Positions 12,031 to 23,953 of a DNA stretch of 39,324 nucleotides are shown in pieces (within the stretch, counting starts at the first letter, position 1; each line of letters begins with the position of its first letter). The notes beneath the pieces are model-generated. The model was not told the origin of the DNA, did not search any database, and saw only the letters and a program-made list of their open reading frames with translations. The position numbers and the translations under genes were made by a program. Source of the stretch: Octopus bimaculoides (Eukaryota); contig NC_068999.1 of assembly GCF_001194135.2 (NCBI RefSeq), positions 47,030,290 to 47,069,613 on the forward strand, in the 5' to 3' direction.

Positions 12031-12479
12031 CTGTATGTATGTATAATTGTGTGTGTGTGTGTGTTGAAACCTGCTGGAAGATGTGAATCTACCCTCTGAG
12101 AAGGGCACGGTAGAGTCTCTTTCTTGTGACCATTGCGTCATATCTGCTTCTCCAAGGCAGGCCAACTCGGCCACATCCATAGTAACAGAAGCACGTCCTC
12201 CAACCAGTGCGATGACATCCAGCATAATCTCGTGTAACACAGTGTGTAGATCAACCAAAGCACGTACTCGACATTATAAATCTCGGCATTTAGAATAGTC
12301 AGGCTGCCTCCGGAAAACCAACTGCTGATCAAACGTGGAATGACTTGCAAGTTCTTGTAGGTCTTGAGAGTTCTTTGAGATGTCATCAGCGATAAGGAAA
12401 ACAAAAAGTTAAGTACTTCTTGGAATGAAATTAGTTTACGAAGTGGTCTTATTCGGTCACGAGGCCACTTACAACGTAG

Positions 12480-12793
<314 letters not shown>

Positions 12794-13021
12794 CGGTGTT
12801 TCTTCTAGTGTCACTAATGGATCTAGTTCGTTAATTGGATCATTAAAACTGGCAGAAAATATATTTTGCCAAGAATTTTATATATATTTCATGCCAAATA
12901 AAAGTAAAATTAAGATATTGACTTTTGGAACATCAGAATGGACTTTTTATTTAAATGTCAGTATGAAAGTTTTATAAGATTTAATCATTATTAAAGTTTA
13001 TATGAATTCACGTATGCAATT

Positions 13022-13060
<39 letters not shown>

Positions 13061-13094
13061 TGTCTGTCTGTCTGTCAAACATGGGCAGACATCT

Positions 13095-13830
13095 TTTATC
13101 TCATTTGTTTCAGTCATTGGACGACTGCGAACAAAAAGGATCCAAGTCTAGTACTTATTCCATCGAGCTCTTTTTGCTGAACCTTCAAGTTACAGGGATG
13201 TGCACAAACCAGCACCGGTTGTCAAGCCGTGATGGGAGACAAACACACGTGCGCGTGTGCATGCACACACACATACACATACACAAATACACACATATAC
13301 ACATATACACAAACACATTATATATATATGGGAGAATTCACGAAAAAACAACAGACGAAGACAGGTGGTGTAAACAACAAATGGATGTATTAGTATAACG
13401 CTCGGGAATAGAGAAAGTCTTTAACGTTTCGAGCCTACGCTCTTCAACAGAAAGGAACACAGAAAGAAACAAGGTGAGAAAAAATATATATATATGTGTA
13501 GTGGTCAGCGATCTATCATGGCGAATGCCGGATCCAACAGGCTTCTTTCAACTACCAAATCCGTTCACAAGGCTTTAGTCGGCTCCGGGGGTTACAGCTG
13601 AAGTCACTTTCCCAAGGTACTGCACAGTGGGACTGAACCCAAGACCGCATGGCTGGACAGCAATCATCTTACCACACAGCCACGCCTGCGCTACAGCTTC
13701 CGTCTACCATATTCACTCACAAGGCACTGGTCGGCCTAGCGCTATAGTCGAAGCCACTTGCCCAAGGTGCCACGCAGTGAGAGTAACTCCGAAACCAAGT
13801 AGCTGCAAAGCTAATTTCTCAACCACAATG
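13095..13830 (-). mobile_element. Cluster of SINE family A fragments with an intervening PLE-like remnant
   Basis: Tail at ~13095-13260; two heads at ~13540-13830. Confidence 0.7.
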
Positions 13831-16800
13831 CCATGTCTACGAGAAAATTTTTCTCAAGAGATATTTTTTGCGATCTTTTATGTTCTTTCTTTATTCAATA
13901 AAACGCTTTTTCTCTTCGTGTTGTGAATCCATCTCAAGAATTAAGATTCAAATTTTAACACAGAAAGCAAAGTTATCACCCTTACTTCCGTTGTGGACAT
14001 TAGCGAAGACGGAGTTGTTGCCCTTTTGATATTTGGCCATTCCAGAGATACGGTTTGCGATTGTACTAAGTCTTGCCCTTCATAGTTAATCACATTTACA
14101 CCTAGATATATCTATAAACTCTCAGAACACTCTAGAACATCATGCTAAAACACTAACCTTCTCTCTCAGTTCAGAGAAACATGAAAAAGACATACAAAAA
14201 CAGCAACGGCCTCAACAAATACTTCAGCCCAAAATATCGTACTAGAACGAAAACCACCTATAACAAATGTAGAGTCACAACTGCTATGGCGTTGCAACCG
14301 ATGCCACCCTGCCGGCCCCTGTGTAGTCACGAAAATCTCTGGCATGTGAAAAGAGGCTGTCTAGTGGAAAACGGCAACATCCCTTGGTTTGGCACACAAC
14401 ACGCCATTGCGTGTCCAATTGCACAATTTGGTTTCCTCACTACGCGAAGCAACGTCTTTGTGTCTACTTCAAGAACATTCGAGCAAAACTACCATGACAA
14501 CTCATAGAGACACTTGTAAACTACTACAACCGCACACAAGAGTACTCAAGTCGAAATGTTGGAAATGAAAGGCAGACGAACTGCAATGAGCCGCAGACGA
14601 CAATGATATGCAAGCCATCTATAAAGGATCTTGGGAACTCCAGGAAAAAAGGCTTCCGAGGTGTGAAAGAGAGATTTAGTGTTCGTAGTTGACGATGCGA
14701 AAGAATGCAGAAACGCATGCGTTCTGCGATCCTATGATATCATTCACAGACCAATGTGTTTTCATATGTCATCAAGGGGACTATTTCCTCGGCGTAGGGT
14801 TTTTTTCAAGTCCGAACGTACTTGCATTTGTCGAGTACGTATGACTTTGCACGAATACACTTTATTTAACGCAGCTCCGTGCAACTTTACTTTACGAATG
14901 GGGTCTGTGGAAATTCCACAGAACGAAAAAGGTTAAGAGCAGCTACTTAAGAAAGAAAGAATGATTTGCATTTCTATTTTTATCTTGCCAAGTTCTTTCA
15001 CTTCCAATCACAATAATATATTATATGATCTTAAAATTTCCCTCTGCTAAGCACTTTATATTCCTCTCTTTCTCTCTGCCTCTTCAACGAACTTTTTAAC
15101 CATGTAATTCCCGTCGTCAGGTCATTAACATTTCTCTTTCTCTTCACCTCTCGCTTCCACTAACCACATGAGTGACAGCATAATGCATCGACTGGCTATC
15201 TGCTCTCTTATTTACTCTCACGTTCCCTCTTCCTCTCTCTCACTCCACTCCTTCCTCTCCTCTAACAAACTAAAGCGTAAAATGTGAACGAACAGGTAGA
15301 AGAATATTATAGATTTAATTCAATAAAAAGAAACATACTTTTCACTATCAACACACCACCACCACCACCACCACCACCATCATCATCATCACTATAGTTT
15401 TCAGTAACAAAGCTCATTTCATTTCACTTCAATCGAGACAAATATAGACAGTTGTGGATTCTGCATAGAAGCTCAGTCCTGGAGTCCTGAAAGAGGGCAG
15501 ATAGAGAGGGATGGACAGAGGAGACAGTGGCATTGAGAGAGAGAGAGCGTTTGTATTGTCGAAGTAGAGATATATCGATTCCAGTGCTCAACTGGTACTT
15601 ATTTTATCGACTCCGAAAGATTGAAAGGTAAAGTAGACCTCGGCGGAAAGTGAAATGCCACTAAACGTTTTTTTTCAACTTGCAGACAATTCTGCCAGCT
15701 CACCGCTTTAACTAAAACAACAGAAAACTAAGAACAAACGAAAAGACTTTAAGACAAAAGCAAAAGCTTGTGCTACATCATAATATAAAAGTTGTTTCTT
15801 CTTCGTTTTTATCTAATATATTAAATAAAGACTTGTGGAAGTCACGTTTTATGTTTAATCCGGAGATAAGAAAGAGTATGTTTATGATTCAGTGAAAATA
15901 CATAAAGTGCTAGCACTGTAGGAAGATTTTATCTCTTTTGTGAAAGAGATAAAAACACTAGCACCATATTGTGATGATTCAGAGGAAATATTCTCAAGAA
16001 ATAACGCATAAATAATGGTGCTATAACGATAAAGAAAATGTATTTACCAAATGTTGTATTAGAATTATTTTAACTTTTCATCTAAATAGGAAATAAGGTT
16101 TTGTTTGTTTGTTTGTTGCTTCATGCAGTTGTTAAATATATTGGGACCTACCCATGTCGTGTTCAAGATTACATCATCTCAAGAATGAGTAACATGAATG
16201 GTGACAGTTCTTTTTTTTTTTTTTTTTGTAGTAATAATTCTTTGAATCTTATAAGCATCGTTATTGTAAGTTTTTTGGTGGAACAAAATAAAAAACAAAT
16301 TCATACATTAATCGTTTTTTTTTGTTTTGTTTTTTATTTATTTATTTTTGTTCTCCTTTCTGAAACATTAAAAAAAGATATAAATCTCCTTTATATCTCA
16401 TTAAATCAAATCATCTTATGAACGACTTAACAAATTGTAGCAGAATGGAACAAAACCTATTTTCTTTTCTGCCAAATTTGGAATTAAAATTTTTAAAAAT
16501 TCTGATTCCATATTCGGTAGTAGTAGTAGTAGTAGTATAGTAGTAGTATCGGGGTTGATAAATTAAGTACCAGTTACGCACTGGGGGTCGATGTAATCGA
16601 ATAATCCCCCCCACCACCACCCCACACACACCAATTTGAGGCCTTGTGCTTCTAGTAGAAAGGATTACTAACAGTGGCGAACTGGCAGAATCGTTAGCAC
16701 GCTGGACAAAATGCTTCGCATTTCGTTTGTCTTTACATTCTGATTTCAAATTCCGCCAAGGTTTACTTTGCCTTCATCTATTCGAGGCCGATAAAATAAG

Positions 16801-16861
16801 TACAAGTTGAACACTGGAGTCAGCATAGTTGTAAAGCTTTTGTAATATTTTAAACACTTAA

Positions 16862-17081
16862 CCCTTTAGCATTCAGCTTACTCTATAAAATGTTATGTTT
16901 ACTTATTCACATTGCTTTGAATTAATTATGCATTAGCTTGTAGCTTTGAGATTTCAATGAAGTGATTGTTTATTTTTAGAATGACATTGTAGGTTAGGTA
17001 TGAGAGACTGAATCTGGCCAGTTTGAACATAAAACAGGAAGAATATTTGGGCCAGATATGGCTGGTTTAAATGCTAAAGGG
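16862..17081. mobile_element. piggyBac-type MITE family 1, intact copy
   Basis: TTAA on both flanks; 12-bp TIR CCCTTTAGCATT. Related copies at ~18768-19120 (interrupted), ~19678-19860 and ~37650-38125 (interrupted). Confidence 0.85.
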
Positions 17082-17474
17082 TTAAGGTGGTGAGATGGCA
17101 GAATCGTTAGTATGTTGGGCAAAATGCTTAGAGGCATTTCATCTGTCTTTACATTCTGGGTTGAAATGCTGCCAGGGTCAACTTTGCTTTCCATCCTTTC
17201 AGGGTCGATAAAATGAGTNNNNNNNNNNNNNNNNNNNNNNNNNNNNNNNNNNNNNNNNNNNNNNNNNNNNNNNNNNNNNNNNNNNNNNNNNNNNNNNNNN
17301 NNNNNNNNNNNNNNNNNNNNNNNNNNNNNNNNNNNNNNNNNNNNNNNNNNNNNNNNNNNNNNNNNNNNNNNNNNNNNNNNNNNNNNNNNNNNNNNNNNNN
17401 NNNNNNNNNNNNNNNNGATGTTGTTCAATTAACGGAAAGATTAAAAAACATTACAACAAAAAACTAATAGAAAT

Positions 17475-17480
17475 TTTATT
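17475..17480 (-). terminator. Likely MED4 polyadenylation signal AATAAA
   Basis: AATAAA on the minus strand about 43 nt after the stop, followed by T-rich sequence. Confidence 0.55.
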
Positions 17481-17522
17481 AATGTTACAACAAATAAAGA
17501 CAGACAAAAAAACTCTGAGACA

Positions 17523-17815
17523 TTAAGGGTTTTCTTCATCACTCGAACTGCTGCTGGAGGAATCACTGGACATTATTTCAACATCTTCGTTATCTCTTGA
17601 AGCATGATTCCGAATAGATTCCGAGAGTCCAGCACTACTTGCTACACCGCTTCCCATTGAGGTATTGAGACCACTGGCCGAGAGACCAAACATTGGTGTG
17701 GGAGGATCGAGAGATGGTACAGATGATGATGGTGGCTGTGGTGGAGGTGCCAGTGGAGGTTGCAAAGATGAAGACTGCCAGTTGAGTGTGTTGCTCTGTG
17801 AGTTTTGCATATGAT
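17523..17815 (-). CDS. MED4: MED4 terminal coding exon
   Basis: Acceptor gtgttttttcttcag|, phase 1; HMQNSQSNTLNWQSS...PPLAPPPQPP...DNEDVEIMSSDSSSSSSSDEENP*; the tail matches human EDDVEIMSTDSSSSSSESD; TAA at 17523-17525. Confidence 0.93.
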
Positions 17816-18146
17816 CTGAAGAAAAAACACAATATTACAATGCTTAATATAAACATAATTAATGGTTACAGTTAAGTTCACTGCCATCAATTCTCCATGA
17901 AGAAATTTCACTGCAAGGAAAGTTTACTGAGAAAATACATCCATAATATCTTACCATTGATAGTTAAAAACTATTTTATTGACAAAAAATGGTGAATTGA
18001 CAAGAGTTGAACTTTTCCCTGCAGTGGATTGATAACAGTGAACTTACCGGATATGATAATTAATAGAGAAACTTAATTATGCTGCAATAGTAATGTCTAA
18101 GGCTGAGACTGACAGACAGTTTACAGGGTTGTAGGGGAGAGCTTAC

Positions 18147-18194
18147 TTAATTGATCCTGAGCACCACTTGAACTCAAAATGCATACAGATGGAA
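18147..18194 (-). CDS. MED4: Candidate 48-nt phase-1 cassette exon of MED4
   Basis: Acceptor acttttctgctttag| and donor AA|GTAAGC; open in the MED4 frame ((V)PSVCILSSSGAQDQL); no recognisable homology. Confidence 0.4.
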
Positions 18195-18474
18195 CTAAAG
18201 CAGAAAAGTATTTATTTTAAGACCCTACCATCCCAGCCACTTCAGTTAAACTACAGCATAATTATTAACTGTTTAGAATCCATGCTAATTAAAGCAACCT
18301 AGCAGAGTAAAGAAACTATGCTAATTAAAGCAGCCTAGCAGATAACAAACTGATATACTTCAGATTCTTTCCTGATAAAAATGTTTATACATAATAAACC
18401 TTAATTCTATCTGCAGATGGAATGTTTCTTTAAATATGGAATGTTCCAGTACATATGGAATGGTGTACCTTTAA

Positions 18475-18696
18475 ACCTTTGATTCCAACCTGCCAGTGAC
18501 CGCCCTTGGGCCTATAGTACAAACTTCCTTTTTTGAAATTATCCAAATTAAGTCTTTCTATCGAAATTCTATGTCTGTTGATGTTCCAAACACAAGCCTA
18601 ATTAATGACAAAGTTATTTTACTAAATTCCTCATTATTTCCAAAATTAATTGAAACACAGGCAGCGTATTTCGAAAGAAATGTAGTACCAAAAGGG
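18475..18696. mobile_element. piggyBac-type MITE family 2
   Basis: TTAA flanks with ACCTTT...AAAGGG ends; the interior AAAGTTATTTTACTAAAT..CATTATTTC.AAAATTAATTGAAAC recurs at ~38915-38975. Confidence 0.65.
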
Positions 18697-18842
18697 TTAA
18701 GGAAATGGAATCCATTAACAGAAACTGCTTTTTGTTTTACTGATGGCAAAAATGGTAAAGTGCTAAATTAACCTTTTATAATTCAGATTATTCTGTTGAA
18801 TATAATCCTCGTTTAATCACATTATTTTGAATTAATTATGCA

Positions 18843-19011
18843 TCGGCACATAAAAAGCACCCACTACATTCTCGGAGTGGTTGGCGTTAGGAAGGACATC
18901 CAGCTGTAGAAACCTTGCCAGATCAGATTGGAGCCTGGTGCAGCCTCCTGGCTTGCCAGTCCTCAGTCAAACCGTCCAACCCATGCCAGCATGGAAAGTG
19001 GATGCTAAACT

Positions 19012-19045
<34 letters not shown>
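18843..19045 (+). mobile_element. Retroelement family D (3' end with an (ATG)n tail), inserted into a piggyBac-type MITE
   Basis: GGCACATAAAAAGCACCC...CCAACCCATGCCAGCATGGAAAG...(ATG)n. Other copies at ~19420-19500, 26740-26890, 33675-33824(-), 34010-34190(+), 34771-34960(+), 36202-36510(-) and 37120-37630. Confidence 0.8.
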
Positions 19046-19047
<2 letters not shown>

Positions 19048-19339
19048 GTAGTGCAGGTGTGAGAGACTGAATCGGACCAGTTTGAACTTAAACCAAGTCC
19101 TGTTTAAATGCTAAAGGTTTGGATGCCTTATAGTAGTTAGTTTTGCCTCTTGACTGCCTTTGTTCAATTCTAACCAGGATCAAATTTGTTATTCATTTTT
19201 ATGGGATTGGTAAGATAAAATACCAAAATATACTNNNNNNNNNNCAATCGACTTTACTCACCTCTACAAATTGTTGACCAGTGGTCAATGTAAAAAAGCT
19301 ATTCTAAATACTCTAAACTATTCTAAAGTGGTTATCTGT

Positions 19340-19387
<48 letters not shown>

Positions 19388-19591
19388 AAGTGAGACAAAG
19401 GAACAGAAACACATTCAGACCATGGGCATCCAGCCGTAGAAAATCTGCCTCAATAAACTCCATTCATGCAAGTATGGAAAAGTGGATGTTAAATGATGAT
19501 GTTGAGTTCACATGTACAAATACTGATCCATGAAAACAGGCCGCAAACAAAATTATTTTCAAACCAGAAGGAAATAAAAACTAATACATAC

Positions 19592-19645
19592 CTAAATAGC
19601 CATGACGCATTTCAAAATCTGTTGGATATGGTCGACGAGGGTCTC
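19592..19645 (-). CDS. MED4: MED4 coding exon 5
   Basis: Acceptor tttgtag|; (G)DPRRPYPTDFEMRHGYL contains the hallmark GDPRRPYPT motif; donor G|GTATGT; 54 nt, phase 1 to phase 1. Confidence 0.96.
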   Translation of the reverse strand, partial: ETLVDHIQQILKCVMAI

Positions 19646-19677
19646 CTACAAACATGAATAAACACAATTAAAATAGA

Positions 19678-19860
19678 TTAACCTTTTAGAATTTAGATTA
19701 CTCTGTCAAATGTGAGGTTTATTTATTCACATTGGTTTGAATTAATCATGCATTATCTTGTGGGTTTGAGATTTCAATGATGTGGCTGTTTATTTTTAGG
19801 ATGGCACTGTAGGGTAGGTGTGAGAGGCCAGATCTTGCCAGTTTAAATGCTAAAGAGTCA
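19678..19860. mobile_element. piggyBac-type MITE family 1 copy
   Basis: Homologous to 16862-17081 (TTAACCTTTTAG...TTTAAATGCTAAAG). Confidence 0.7.
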
Positions 19861-19911
19861 GACATTTAGAATATATTTTTAAAACATTTGTTTATGTGTG
19901 TGTGTGTGTGT

Positions 19912-20288
19912 GGGAAGAAGCTTGCTTCCTAACGACATGGTTCCAGGTTCAGTTTCACTGCGTGGCACCTTGGGCAAGTGTCTTCTACTATAGCCTCAAG
20001 CCAACCAAAGCTTTGTGAGTGGATTTGGTAGATGGAAACTGAAAGAAGCCAGTCATATATGTATATGTGTATGTGTGTGTCTTTGTGTCTGTGTTTGTCC
20101 CCCCATCACTGCTTGACAACCGATGTTGGTGTTTACGTCCCTGTAACTTAGTGATTCAGCAAAAGAGCTCAATAGAATAAGTACCAGGCTTAAAAAAAAT
20201 AAGTCCTGGGGTCAATTTGCTCAACTAAAACCCTTCAAGGCAGTGCTCCAGCATGGCCACAGTCAAATGGCAGAAAAGAGTAAAAGAG

Positions 20289-20289
<1 letters not shown>
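19912..20289 (+). mobile_element. SINE family A, near full length, in MED4 intron 4
   Basis: Head, CORE-like block, (TG)n and tail all present; several CpG-to-TpG/CpA changes relative to the left-hand copies. Confidence 0.85.
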
Positions 20290-20320
<31 letters not shown>

Positions 20321-20413
20321 TATACACACATACTCACATACACACACATACATATATGTATGAATGCATACACAAGCACATATACATGTGTATATGTATA
20401 AATACACACATAC

Positions 20414-20448
<35 letters not shown>

Positions 20449-20450
20449 TG

Positions 20451-20506
<56 letters not shown>

Positions 20507-21132
20507 GAATTTACAAAAAATCAAAAGATGAAGACAGGTGGTATAAACAACAAACAGATGTATTAGTTTAATGCTCGGGAAGTGAGAAAGTCTTTTACAT
20601 TTCGAGCCTACGCTCTTCGACAGAAATAAACAGGGAGAGAAAATAGAAAAGGGTTTAGTGGCAAGCAATCTATCATGGATGAGATCCAGAGATTCTCCAT
20701 ATGGATGACACTTAGTGGAGCCCAAAAGATCTAAACTTTAACTCCAATATGTTTACAGGGGATCGATTCCACAAGGTAAAGAAAGGCTATGAAAGGGATT
20801 AAGTTGAACAGGTATAGAGGCAATTATGTGGATAAACAAATTAGACACATTAAACTATCTCTGATTTCCCTTTCACTGCTTACAAAATCAATAAATTAAA
20901 TACCAGAGTAAATAGCGAGATTGATTATCTACTAAAACTCCAGCACGGCCACAGTCTAAGGTAAATTGTAACGGTGAAGAAACTGTTAGCATTATCATAA
21001 TAAATGTACTTTTAAAGGACCATAGTTTATATAATTTTCCAGGAAGTGAAGGTAGCATTAAGGCCAGGAGAGTTCTTCCCCTTTAATGAAAACCATCAGT
21101 TATGAAATTAAGGTGAAATCTAAAGCAACTAG

Positions 21133-21136
<4 letters not shown>

Positions 21137-21202
<66 letters not shown>
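21137..21202. repeat. 66-nt poly(A) tract in MED4 intron 4
   Basis: Seen directly. Confidence 0.95.
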
Positions 21203-21205
<3 letters not shown>

Positions 21206-21436
21206 ATATTAGCATAAACAAAACTAGGTTAAAAAGACATTAAATAAACCACCAGGCCGCAGAGTGAGTGCAAATATTCTTATCCAATTTGACATTCGAA
21301 GATACAGAGACAATTTCAACATGAAATGGTCTGTTGTTGAATATAACATGGCATACATGAATATTGCTAAACAATACCAAACATAAAACAGTCTAAAAAT
21401 ATTATATCTTGACTAGCCACAAAGCCACCTCCTCAA

Positions 21437-21885
21437 TTAGGTTGTCCGGAAAGTTCTGAGCTAAATCTTTTAATGCTTCTTTGAGCACACCTGAAACGTA
21501 ACACAGTTAAAACTTTGGTGTTGCTTGAAGTGGTAATGCATCTTTGTTGCTGACTAAAAATAGATTTATCTTTCATTCCAGTTATCAGCAGTTCGAAAGT
21601 GGTTTGCAAAATTTAAAGCTGGAGAGTTTAGCTTGGAAGAATACAGTCACAGTGGAAGACCTTCAAAATTGGATGAAGATGTTTTGAAGACAAAAATCAA
21701 AGAAAACTCGAATATTACAACTAGAGAACTTGCAGAAGAGTTGTAAGTTTCTAAAAGTACAGCTCAGGAACGCTTAGTGAAAGCTAGGATACATTTCTCA
21801 CTATAATGTATGGGTCCCTAACAAACTCTCAGAAAAGAATCGTTTAGACTGGAATTCCCTTTGTGATATGCTTTTGAAATGCAAA
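21437..21885 (+). mobile_element. 5' fragment of a mariner (Mos1/Hsmar-like) transposon with decayed transposase, antisense in MED4 intron 4
   Basis: TIR-like TTAGGTTGTCCGGAAAGTTC; VRKWFAKFKAGEFSLEEYSHSGRPSKLDEDVLKTKIKENSNITTRELAEEL*VSKST..., then a frameshift to WVPNKL (the WVPHEL motif) at 21811-21828. Confidence 0.9.
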
Positions 21886-21949
21886 AAAAAGAAGGTGAGC
21901 AATAGTAACATGTACACATGTAAAAAAGAGTAAGAAACCAATACAATAC

Positions 21950-22094
21950 CAGGGGCCCATGTAACAGGTGCTGCAATAGCATTACTGGCACTGATTCTGT
22001 GAGCAAATTTGATAAGTTCCTCAGATGAGATTGTCTTTTTATTAGCTTGGGCAATGGAGTTCAGTTTCTGCTTAGCTTGGTAGATTGCAGTTGC
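21950..22094 (-). CDS. MED4: MED4 coding exon 4
   Basis: Acceptor tttcag|; [48 protein letters not shown] is the conserved Med4 core (human ATAVYQAKEKL...[26 protein letters not shown]); donor G|GTATTG; 145 nt. Confidence 0.96.
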
Positions 22095-23221
22095 CTGAAA
22101 AGAAACAGTCATATTTTTTTTATCATGAGTAGTAGTAGTGATGCTGTCATCATCATTATCATCATCATCATCATCATCACCAATACTACTAATAAAACAA
22201 CAGTCCACACTAGTTTACGGTGCTAAATACTTTACACTTTTTACATGTTCTGAGAAAAAAAAAAAACAATAGTTTTTATCTCACTGTATCAATAAAATAA
22301 ATATTAGTAATATAATGGGTTGATTCAGTTGCCTGCATTAATTATTACAAGAAATTATAAAAGAAATGTTAATTTTCTAATAACTTTCCAGTCTATTCTT
22401 TAAATATTCCAATTTCTATCCATGTAGTACAGTAGCAAAGTGCTTGAAATATCCAGAAGCTAAAGGGGATGGATGTCATTGACTCCTAAGTCTATTTGAA
22501 AATTATGTCTCCCAGAAAAGCTGTCAAAAACATAGACAGTTATATCAATAAAATACAACATGAATTACAAAAATAAAACCAGAATAAAATTCGTTAATTA
22601 AAATTAAACCAACCAGTTTTAAAATTAAATGATATCCTTTCCTAACCCTATTTATATTTAAATATATTGCTTACATGTTTCAATTACCTTTGAAAATAAT
22701 TCCAAATTTTCAGGGATTTAATAGCTTTTTTTGCCAATCAGATGGTGTTTGGAACATAACAAAAGGTTCTTGCATAAAATTATAAATAAAGGTTTTAATT
22801 TAAACCCTTTAAATGAGACTATTTTATATCTCAGAACCAGAGAATGGTATCATGTACATTCATATTGAAAGGCTAAATAATCAAACTCAATGAAATTCAT
22901 CTAATTAATGAAAATAAAATAAAAAACTGTTTCCATGCATTTTCAATGATAAGATTCTTTCAAATACTGTATTTTGCAGCATTCAAGTCAGAATAGTATA
23001 TACTGTAAGCATTCAAACATCATCACTCTCTCTCCAAATCCCGCAGAATTTTACATGGAATTTTTGGTCCACCACAGTTGTCTTGATTTATAAGTCAACC
23101 TATCTTGTTTGGCTGTAAATCTTTGATCTGAAAAATTTGACTTGTATACCAAAAAAATGCAGTAGTTTGTCTTTCATGCATCACACAATGATGTAGGATT
23201 ATTTTAAATAATAGTTCTTAC

Positions 23222-23337
23222 TAAAATGGTTTCTGCTTCTTTGAAGTTCTTCTGTAAATTTCTGATATCGGTATCTCGCTTTTCAACTTCCATTTTTAAT
23301 TCATCCATAATTTTCTGGATATCCATCTGTTCTTCAG
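23222..23337 (-). CDS. MED4: MED4 coding exon 3
   Basis: Acceptor ttttgttttcaag|; (A)EEQMDIQKIMDELKMEVEKRDTDIRNLQKNFKEAETIL matches MED4 [23 protein letters not shown]; donor GTAAGA; 116 nt. Confidence 0.95.
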
Positions 23338-23447
23338 CTTGAAAACAAAAATTGTTTTTTAATAGTTGACAGTAGAATATTTAAAATAAAATTTTAAAAC
23401 TGTCAAAGTAATTAATGAGACAAATCAATGCAAACAAAATAACTCAC

Positions 23448-23569
23448 CAAGTTTTAACGATTCTTTCATTTCTTTGTCTTTTTGGACAAGCAATTCCATC
23501 AAAAGGGCAGGATCCGGTGCATCTGTCTTTTGTTGGTTTTTGGGGGTACTCATCACATCGAACAACTCC
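23448..23569 (-). CDS. MED4: MED4 coding exon 2
   Basis: Acceptor tttctaag|G; ELFDVMSTPKNQQKTDAPDPALLMELLVQKDKEMKESLKL; donor G|GTGAGT; 122 nt, phase 2 to phase 1. Confidence 0.92.
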
Positions 23570-23654
23570 CTTAGAAATAACATCAAACGGAACTTCCATT
23601 GAAGTAAATTATACCATTTAACAGAAAGACAATAAACAGACAATCACTAATATA

Positions 23655-23953
23655 CAGGGTGTCCACAAAGTCTGGGTACAGGGAGTAAATAAAATCGTAG
23701 CATAAACAATTAAATATAAGAAATAATAATTTCTTAAAGTATGTGTTAATCCCTATGTGGGGTACTTGGAGTAAATAAAATCATAACAAAAACAATTAAA
23801 TATAAGAAATAATAATTTCTTAAAGTATGTGTTAATCCCCATGTGGGGTACTTGGAGTAAATAAAATCATAACAAAAACAATTAAATATAAGAAATAATA
23901 ATTTCTTAAAGTATGTGTTAATCCCCATGTACCCAGACTTTGTGGACACCCTG
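23655..23953. mobile_element. Tc1/mariner-type MITE with three internal 86-bp tandem units
   Basis: Perfect 26-bp TIR CAGGGTGTCCACAAAGTCTGGGTACA, TA on both sides; internal units begin at 23682, 23768 and 23854. Confidence 0.92.

Noticed and set aside
12370-12400. U12-type branch point TTCCTTAT followed by AC
   Set aside because: No matching ATATCCTT or GTATCCTT donor was found upstream on that strand.
17956-18050. Additional donor-like sites (ATG|GTAAGA, CCG|GTAAGT) in the last MED4 intron
   Set aside because: The available upstream acceptors give in-frame stops, a phase mismatch, or only an implausible 24-nt microexon.
18480-18530. GC-richer patch as the missing MED4 linker exon
   Set aside because: It lies inside a TTAA-flanked MITE and has a stop or the wrong phase in the MED4 frame.
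23655-23953. CRISPR-like periodic array (also the 31-bp array at 35790-35884)
   Set aside because: The units are contiguous tandem repeats without unique spacers, in a eukaryotic intron; the first is bounded by TIRs.
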